A DNA stretch of 64,000 nucleotides from an uncultured Hyphomicrobium sp. (GTDB taxonomy: Bacteria > Pseudomonadota > Alphaproteobacteria > Rhizobiales > Hyphomicrobiaceae). The position numbers and the translations under genes are program-made. Numbering within the stretch: position 1 is the first letter of the stretch; every line of letters starts with the position of its first letter. The stretch covers positions 17,190-81,189 of the forward strand of contig CAYWIF010000013.1 in NCBI GenBank assembly GCA_964458265.1. The letters run 5' to 3'. Positions 58,405 through 64,000 of this stretch are shown piece after piece. Under the pieces are notes generated by a model. It ran no database searches. It saw only the letters and a list, made by a program, of their open reading frames with translations, and was not told the origin of the DNA.

Positions 58405-59900
58405 TCCGAACTCTTGCTTCGCTGATCGTTCTGGGCCTTACACTTGTTTCGCCGGAGCGGGCCTCAGCCAACTGGCTGACCAAGGCACTCGACGCAGCCG
58501 GCGATGCCGGGAAGGGCGCCGCGCGCGGCGTCCATGCGCTCGATCCGGACCTGGGCCACGCGCTCACGCATCTAAAAGCACTGCCCGATCGCCCTGGCGT
58601 CAACGCGCTGGCGGCCGAAGCCGGCCACGAAGGTCACTGGCGGTTCGCCAATGCCAAGGGTGAAACGTTCACCGCCGCTAGCGCAGATGAACTCGCCCGC
58701 ATGCGCGACAGCCTTTTGCCGGGCCAATCAGGCAAGCTGGCGCTATATCTGACGCCTCGCACGATTTTTGATGGTCGCGCGGCCCTGAAGGAGTTGCCGC
58801 CCGATACCGAACTTTTTGTCGCGACGCGCCGCGGAGCCTATCCCCTGATCCGCGAAGCCGGCTCCGCCACCGAAACTTTCTTCGCCCACGTGAAGCCCAA
58901 CCTGCGTGCCCGCATTGACAGCGAAGACCTCCTCGCTGAAACGCTGTTCCAGCTTGCCCAACCGCTCAAGCCCGCCAGCCTGCGCATCATCGCGCTCGAA
59001 ACGGGAAGCGCCGACGCGCTCGCTGCCGTACCACGCTTCGATCCGCTCACGCGCATGGCGCTCGTCGACAAGATCGACCCCACGGGCCTTGCGTCCTCAT
59101 TGGTCCGCATCCGCGGCCAAACGATTATCGTCACTGGCCGCATCGACGAGGGCATCCTGAAATTCAATGACGTGGGCGGCGGCAGCGGGTCGCTTCCACT
59201 ACAGCAGATCCGTGCCGCCGCGCGCGACGCCGACGTGAACCTCGTGATTGTCAAAACCGAAACGCCGCGCCAACCGGGCGGCAAGAACTGGCTGTGGCAA
59301 ACAACATCGATCCCCGGCCTCGAAGCCGCCGTGAAGCAACCAACCGTTGGCGATTTCCTGTCTGCCATCACGCGCGAGGCGAGTCCGTTGACTGTCTCGT
59401 CCCGCCGCGATGGAGCCGGTCGCGCCGTGCTCGATGCAACACCTCAAACCGGCGAAACACCGCTCTCCACAACCTTCACCGGCTGGCTCGATAGTCTCGC
59501 CGGTGAAGCGATGGGTCATATCGCAATCGCCGGCATCGAGGCGAACGTGCGCGACGCGGACCGCCAGTCGGAACTCGATCGCCGCATCATTCCCGGTGTT
59601 CCGTCCGGCATTCAATACGGCTACGCAATCGCGCTTTTCCTCAGCCTTTTTGGCCTCTCGACGGGCTCGGCATGGTGGCGCCGCATTTGGCCGCCCGAAA
59701 GCCGCGAAGACTATGGCAGTTACGCCGGGTACGCTTCGGCCCGCGCCGTGCGCGGACTTCTCTTTGCGCTCGTGTTTCTGCCACTCGCCGGCGTTCCCCT
59801 GTTTTTGCGCTACGCTGGAATTCAAACCTGGACGATTCTGACGGCGCCAGTCCGCGCGGTCCGCTGGCTGCGGTACCGGCTTGCGCGCGCCGCCACCTGA
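58401..59900 (+). CDS. Hypothetical envelope protein (signal peptide, large soluble domain, C-terminal TM helices)
   Basis: 499 aa from ATG 58401 (ATGA overlap with the hydratase stop). Signal peptide MIRTLASLIVLGLTLVSPERASA. Hydrophobic helices near the C-terminus. No family recognised. Confidence 0.55.
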   Translation: MIRTLASLIVLGLTLVSPERASANWLTKALDAAGDAGKGAARGVHALDPDLGHALTHLKALPDRPGVNALAAEAGHEGHWRFANAKGETFTAASADELARMRDSLLPGQSGKLALYLTPRTIFDGRAALKELPPDTELFVATRRGAYPLIREAGSATETFFAHVKPNLRARIDSEDLLAETLFQLAQPLKPASLRIIALETGSADALAAVPRFDPLTRMALVDKIDPTGLASSLVRIRGQTIIVTGRIDEGILKFNDVGGGSGSLPLQQIRAAARDADVNLVIVKTETPRQPGGKNWLWQTTSIPGLEAAVKQPTVGDFLSAITREASPLTVSSRRDGAGRAVLDATPQTGETPLSTTFTGWLDSLAGEAMGHIAIAGIEANVRDADRQSELDRRIIPGVPSGIQYGYAIALFLSLFGLSTGSAWWRRIWPPESREDYGSYAGYASARAVRGLLFALVFLPLAGVPLFLRYAGIQTWTILTAPVRAVRWLRYRLARAAT

Positions 59901-59940
59901 GTTCTAGATCGCAGCCGGCGTCTACGAAGAAAGGTCTGGA

Positions 59941-60822
59941 ATGGCAACGCTCGCAGGCAAGACACTTTTTATAACCGGCGGCAGCCGTGGTATTGGCCTC
60001 GCGATTGCGCTGCGCGCGGCCCGCGACGGCGCCAACATTGCAATTGCGGCCAAGACCAGCGACCCAAATCCCAAGCTGCCCGGCACCGTTCATACGGCCG
60101 CCGCCGAAATCGAAGCTGCCGGCGGCCGCGCGCTGCCGATCGTTTGCGACATTCGCTTCGAGGACCAGGTCGTCGCCGCTGTCGAGCAAACAGCCGCAAT
60201 GTTCGGCGGCATCGACATCTGCGTCAACAACGCCTCCGCCCTGTCGCCCACCGGCACCGAAGCAACCGACATGAAGCGCTTCGATCTCATGCACGCTATC
60301 AATACGCGTGGCACGTTCCTCACCACGAAAACGTGCATCCCGTATCTCCGCAAGGCGCAGAACCCGCACGTCCTAGTCCTCTCGCCGCCACTCGACCTGC
60401 AACCGAAATGGTTCAAGAACCACGTCGCCTACTCGATTGCGAAATACGGCATGAGCCTGTGCGTGCTGGGGATGGCCGAAGAGTTTCGCAAGGACGGCAT
60501 CGCCGTGAACGCGCTCTGGCCTCGAACGGCCATCGCCACTGCGGCCATAGAGAACGTACTCGGCAGAGAACTGATCGCCATGAGCCGGACGCCGGACATC
60601 ATGGCCGACGCGGCCCACCTTATCCTCACTCAGCCATCGCGGGATCTGACTGGCCAATTCCTCATCGACGACAGCGTCCTCTACGAGAAAGGCGGCGTCA
60701 CCGATTTCTCGCCGTACCGGGTCGATGCGTCGAAGCCTCTGGTGCAGGATTTCTTTGTCCCGGAGGACCGCCCGCCACCGCCCGGCGTCAAAGTGATACC
60801 GATGAACCTTCCCGGATCGTGA
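59941..60822 (+). CDS. SDR family oxidoreductase (HSDL2-like)
   Basis: 293 aa. TLFITGGSRGIG, NNASA, YSIAKYG catalytic region. Confidence 0.8.
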   Translation: MATLAGKTLFITGGSRGIGLAIALRAARDGANIAIAAKTSDPNPKLPGTVHTAAAEIEAAGGRALPIVCDIRFEDQVVAAVEQTAAMFGGIDICVNNASALSPTGTEATDMKRFDLMHAINTRGTFLTTKTCIPYLRKAQNPHVLVLSPPLDLQPKWFKNHVAYSIAKYGMSLCVLGMAEEFRKDGIAVNALWPRTAIATAAIENVLGRELIAMSRTPDIMADAAHLILTQPSRDLTGQFLIDDSVLYEKGGVTDFSPYRVDASKPLVQDFFVPEDRPPPPGVKVIPMNLPGS

Positions 60823-60913
60823 GCGGTCCGGGCCGTTCGAAACGCTGGCGCCGGGCTATTCCGGTTCGCTAACATGATCAGGGCGCACGAGTTCGAAAGG
60901 AACACTTCAGGTT

Positions 60914-61864
60914 ATGGCGACACTACTGATCACGCATCCGGGTTTCACTGACCACGATACCGGTATCGGGCATCCCGAACGCCCGGATCGCATGCGCGCC
61001 ATCGATAAGGTGTTGGCCCACGATACGTACGCTGCTTTGCAGCGCATGGAAGCGCCCCTGCGCGACGACCTGGAAACACAGATCCTGCTTGCTCACCCGA
61101 AAGACCACTTCGACCGCATGCGCAAGGCAGGCGAGCAGGCCAAAGCCACAACCAGCCTCGTGCGGATCGACGGCGACACGGTGATGTCCCCGGCCTCCTG
61201 GGAGGCCGCGTTGCGTGCGGTTGGCGCGGGATTGCAGGCCGTCGATGAAGTCATGGCAGACCGCGTCGCCAACGCCTTCGCTCAAGTGCGTCCCCCTGGC
61301 CACCATGCCGAAAACGACCGGGCGATGGGATTTTGCTTTTTCTCCAACGCCGCCATCGCCGCGCTCTACGCGCGGTCAAAGCACGGCGCGAAACGTGTCG
61401 CCGTCGTTGACTTCGACGTCCATCACGGGAACGGCACGCAGGATATTTTCTGGTCTGACAAAGACTGCTTTTACGGCTCCACCCACCAGATGCCGTTGTT
61501 CCCGGGCACGGGGGAACTGAGTGAAACCGGCGTCGGCAACATCTTCAATGCGCCTCTTCGCTCGGGCGACGGCGGTGATCAGTTTCGCGAGGCATTCACC
61601 GATCGCATCCTGAAACCACTCCACAATTTCAGCCCTGACTTCATTGTCATTTCCGCTGGCTTCGACGCCCATCGCCGCGACCCCCTGGGTGGTCTGCAAC
61701 TGGTCGAGGCGGACTTCATGTGGGCAACGGAAAAGCTTGCCGGCGTCGCGCAAGAGCATGCCAAGGGCCGCGTCGTTTCGATGCTGGAAGGGGGCTACGA
61801 CCTCGACGGGCTGGCAAAATCCGTTGGCGTCCACGTCCGCACCCTGATGGATGTTGGGTCCTGA
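60914..61864 (+). CDS. Histone deacetylase-family amidohydrolase (acetylpolyamine/AcuC-like)
   Basis: 316 aa. [30 protein letters not shown]. Confidence 0.85.
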   Translation: MATLLITHPGFTDHDTGIGHPERPDRMRAIDKVLAHDTYAALQRMEAPLRDDLETQILLAHPKDHFDRMRKAGEQAKATTSLVRIDGDTVMSPASWEAALRAVGAGLQAVDEVMADRVANAFAQVRPPGHHAENDRAMGFCFFSNAAIAALYARSKHGAKRVAVVDFDVHHGNGTQDIFWSDKDCFYGSTHQMPLFPGTGELSETGVGNIFNAPLRSGDGGDQFREAFTDRILKPLHNFSPDFIVISAGFDAHRRDPLGGLQLVEADFMWATEKLAGVAQEHAKGRVVSMLEGGYDLDGLAKSVGVHVRTLMDVGS

Positions 61865-62003
61865 CCGGTTGACCGTTCCACGCCTCAGGGCTTGTGCGGG
61901 CACGCCGGGGACGGTAATCCCGGCGCATCACAACCGGCGCGGACGATTCCGCCCGGCATCGTCCCGCCCTCGCGGGATAGCCGCCAACGCGGGGTTCGAA
62001 CCG

Positions 62004-62258
62004 ATGAACAAGGCTTTGTCCAAGCACGCCGACATCAAGGACATGACCTTCGAGCGCGCTCTGAAGGAACTCGAAGCCATTGTCTCGCGTCTGGAGCGCG
62101 GCGATGTCGAACTCGAGGAAAGCATCGCCATCTACGAGCGCGGCGAAGTCCTGCGCGATCATTGTGACCGTCTCTTGCGGCAGGCGGAGGCCAAGGTCGA
62201 AAAAATAACGTTGGGAGCCGATGGCAGCCCGAAGGGTACCGCACCCTTGGACGAGTAG
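62004..62258 (+). CDS. xseB: Exodeoxyribonuclease VII small subunit
   Basis: 84 aa from ATG 62004. [32 protein letters not shown]. Confidence 0.85.
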   Translation: MNKALSKHADIKDMTFERALKELEAIVSRLERGDVELEESIAIYERGEVLRDHCDRLLRQAEAKVEKITLGADGSPKGTAPLDE

Positions 62259-62334
62259 CCCAAACGCCCCTTGCCCCATTGCTAACGCCGGTCTACCGTC
62301 CGAACAGTGTTTATCAGCATGTGGAGCAATACCC

Positions 62335-63273
62335 GTGTCGCACCGCGTTGCATGGATTGCTCTCGCAATTGGCTTGGTCTCTGTTCACTCAGGACTTTCG
62401 ACGTACCGAGCCGTTGCGCAAGGCTCGCCTCCTGCGTCGGATGCAGATGGGCAGGACGAGGTGAAAGCAGCATTCGAGAGCGCCAAGCAACTCGGCACCG
62501 CCGATGCCTGGAACGCCTTCCTGACATCCTACCCGAACGGCTTTTACGCCGATTTGGCCCGCGCCTATCTGAAGAAGGCAGACGAGACGGCGCCGGCGAC
62601 GAATTCCGAGCCGCCCCCGTCCCGGCTTCCACCCTCGTCCGCGCGCGCCGCCGAACGCTCGTGTACCGACCGTCCACGCCTTAAATCGCAGCACTCCAAG
62701 GAACCGACGAAAATCACCTTCGTCAATCATTCGGGCATGTACCGCGCGATCATGTGGATCGACTTTGACGGGTCCCTGAAGGACTACGGCGGATTGAACT
62801 CCGGAGATGAACTGGTGCTCGACACCTTCAGGACGCACCCTTGGATGATCGCGACCGGCCCGGGCGATTGTCTCCAGATCTTTTTGCCGGCGGCCGAACC
62901 GGCGCGCGTCGAATTGCTCCGCCTTGCCGCCGACGATGGGCCCGTGCGTGCCGCTACCCCCGCTAAGGCTAAGGTCGAGAAGAAGCCGCCGCCTCCCAAG
63001 AAGCTCGTCTGCGCCAAAAACTATCAGCTCCAGAAGGGCAAGTGCGTTCTCCTCCAGAACTGCGGCAGCAACGCCTATCGCAGCCCCGAGGGCGACTGCT
63101 ACTGCAAGAAGGGCTATGTGATGCGCGCCGGCAAATGTCAGTGGCCGCAAAACAAAAACGGCTTCGAAATCGAACCCTGGAAAAAACAAGGCTGCTCCAC
63201 CTGGCAGGCCCAGTGTAATCAGGGCAATGCGGGCGCCTGCGGAAAATACGAAGCGAATTGCCAAGTCAACTGA
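62335..63273 (+). CDS. Secreted protein with a VHL beta-domain-like core and a Cys-repeat C-terminus
   Basis: 312 aa from GTG 62335 (signal-like WIALAIGLVSVHSGLSTYRAVAQG). EPTKITFVNHS...WIDFDGS...TFRTHPWM resembles the pVHL beta domain. Tail has C-x(10-11)-C repeats. Start is uncertain; the track ORF begins at 62221. Confidence 0.55.
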   Translation: MSHRVAWIALAIGLVSVHSGLSTYRAVAQGSPPASDADGQDEVKAAFESAKQLGTADAWNAFLTSYPNGFYADLARAYLKKADETAPATNSEPPPSRLPPSSARAAERSCTDRPRLKSQHSKEPTKITFVNHSGMYRAIMWIDFDGSLKDYGGLNSGDELVLDTFRTHPWMIATGPGDCLQIFLPAAEPARVELLRLAADDGPVRAATPAKAKVEKKPPPPKKLVCAKNYQLQKGKCVLLQNCGSNAYRSPEGDCYCKKGYVMRAGKCQWPQNKNGFEIEPWKKQGCSTWQAQCNQGNAGACGKYEANCQVN

Positions 63274-63298
63274 CGGACTGGCCATTCTCCCGCATACG

Positions 63299-63359
63299 CC
63301 CGGCACGGCGACTTGGTGGCACCTATCATTCGGTGCCGGTTAGGGGCTAATGTGCCGGG
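63299..63359 (+). other. Nested GC-rich stem structure between the VHL-like gene and dxs
   Basis: Outer stem CCCGGCAC (63299-63306) / GTGCCGGG (63352-63359) encloses GGCACC (63318-63323) / GGTGCC (63332-63337). Alternative pairings among the three GTGCCGG-type segments are possible. Confidence 0.35.
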
Positions 63360-63427
63360 TAACTGATGGTCCGCCTTGCGTGCCGCCTCCCAGAGAGGGC
63401 GCTGCCAAAGGAGCTTGATGCCACGCC

Positions 63428-64000
63428 GTGAGCAAGACGCCCCTACTCGATACCGTATTAAATCCAGAAGACCTTCGCCGTCTCCCCGAGAGCGACCTCC
63501 GCCGGCTCGCTGATGAATTGCGGGTCGAGATGATTGATGCCGTCTCGGTGACGGGCGGCCATCTCGGCGCGGGCCTTGGCGTCGTGGAACTGACGGTCGC
63601 ATTGCACTGGGTTTTCGACACGCCCCGCGACCGCATCGTCTGGGACGTCGGCCACCAGTCGTACCCGCACAAGATCTTGACCGGCCGCCGCGATCGCATC
63701 CGCACGTTGCGCATGGGCGGCGGTCTGGCAGGTTTCACGCGGCGCGCGGAAAGCGAATACGATCCGTTCGGTGCCGGACACTCGTCCACTTCGATCTCCG
63801 CGGCGCTCGGCATGGCCTGCGCGCGCGACCTGGATGGCAAGGCCAACAATGTCGTGGCGGTCATTGGCGACGGCGCCATGAGCGCCGGCATGGCCTATGA
63901 GGCGATGAACAATGCCGGTGCTCGCGACGAGCGCTTGATTGTTGTCCTCAACGATAATGACATGTCGATCGCGCCTCCCGTCGGCGCACTCTCGCACTAT
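63428..64000 (+). CDS. dxs: 1-deoxy-D-xylulose-5-phosphate synthase, 3' end cut by the window edge
   Basis: Absent from the ORF track because it is open-ended. My translation from GTG 63428 gives [10 protein letters not shown]...[18 protein letters not shown]...[17 protein letters not shown]...[14 protein letters not shown]...[19 protein letters not shown]. An in-frame TGA at 63416 fixes the start. Confidence 0.9.
   Translation, partial: MSKTPLLDTVLNPEDLRRLPESDLRRLADELRVEMIDAVSVTGGHLGAGLGVVELTVALHWVFDTPRDRIVWDVGHQSYPHKILTGRRDRIRTLRMGGGLAGFTRRAESEYDPFGAGHSSTSISAALGMACARDLDGKANNVVAVIGDGAMSAGMAYEAMNNAGARDERLIVVLNDNDMSIAPPVGALSHY

Noticed and set aside
61985-62003. GGGGTTCGAACC T-loop-like string just upstream of xseB
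   Set aside because: No cloverleaf can be built around it. It is most likely a chance match in the xseB leader.
1-64000. CRISPR arrays, IS elements, integrases, prophage or defence-system genes
   Set aside because: I saw no spaced direct repeats, transposase/integrase motifs or terminal inverted repeats on either strand. Gene content is housekeeping and composition looks uniform. An exhaustive computational repeat scan was not possible.

Overview
GC-rich (about 60-65% by eye, not computed) chromosomal segment. Gene content and synteny look alphaproteobacterial, Hyphomicrobiales/Rhizobiales-like: short-form hisG with hisZ, a NadQ/NrtR-type regulator beside nadABC, a TorF-type porin, a TIGR02301-like protein and PPDK. 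I call about 65 protein-coding genes. Many long antisense or alternative-frame ORFs in the six-frame track are high-GC shadow ORFs and were rejected. I recognised no rRNA, tRNA, CRISPR array, transposase/IS, integrase or phage gene, so this reads as core genome rather than an accessory island. Main blocks, left to right: hisZ-hisG; a polyamine/guanidino-amine island (puuB-like oxidase, ureohydrolase, potFGHI, GntR regulator, puuA-like synthetase) marked by four copies of a TGTGATCACA palindrome; MarR and AraC regulators; recQ; L,D-transpeptidases; an FrhB-like Fe-S flavoprotein with a membrane-fused hydrolase; ruvX; a gatC-gatA operon interrupted by small ORFs; an envelope block (gpx, two paralogous glucosaminidase-like proteins, SDR, TorF porin); three unassignable ORFs; RNase T2; an M20 peptidase; ppdK; nadQ-nadABC with operator-like repeats; ygfZ-tag-HD; pyrC; SRAP; a Clp-N/coiled-coil protein; tsaC; an acyl-CoA dehydrogenase, enoyl-CoA hydratase and unknown envelope protein; HDAC-like; xseB; a secreted VHL-beta-like protein; and the 5' part of dxs. 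I found no clear-cut novel multi-gene system. The most interesting items are the VHL-like secreted protein, the palindrome-defined GntR regulon, the FrhB-like/hydrolase pair, the Clp-N coiled-coil protein and the orphan ORF block. All family assignments come from motif recognition by eye, not database searches.
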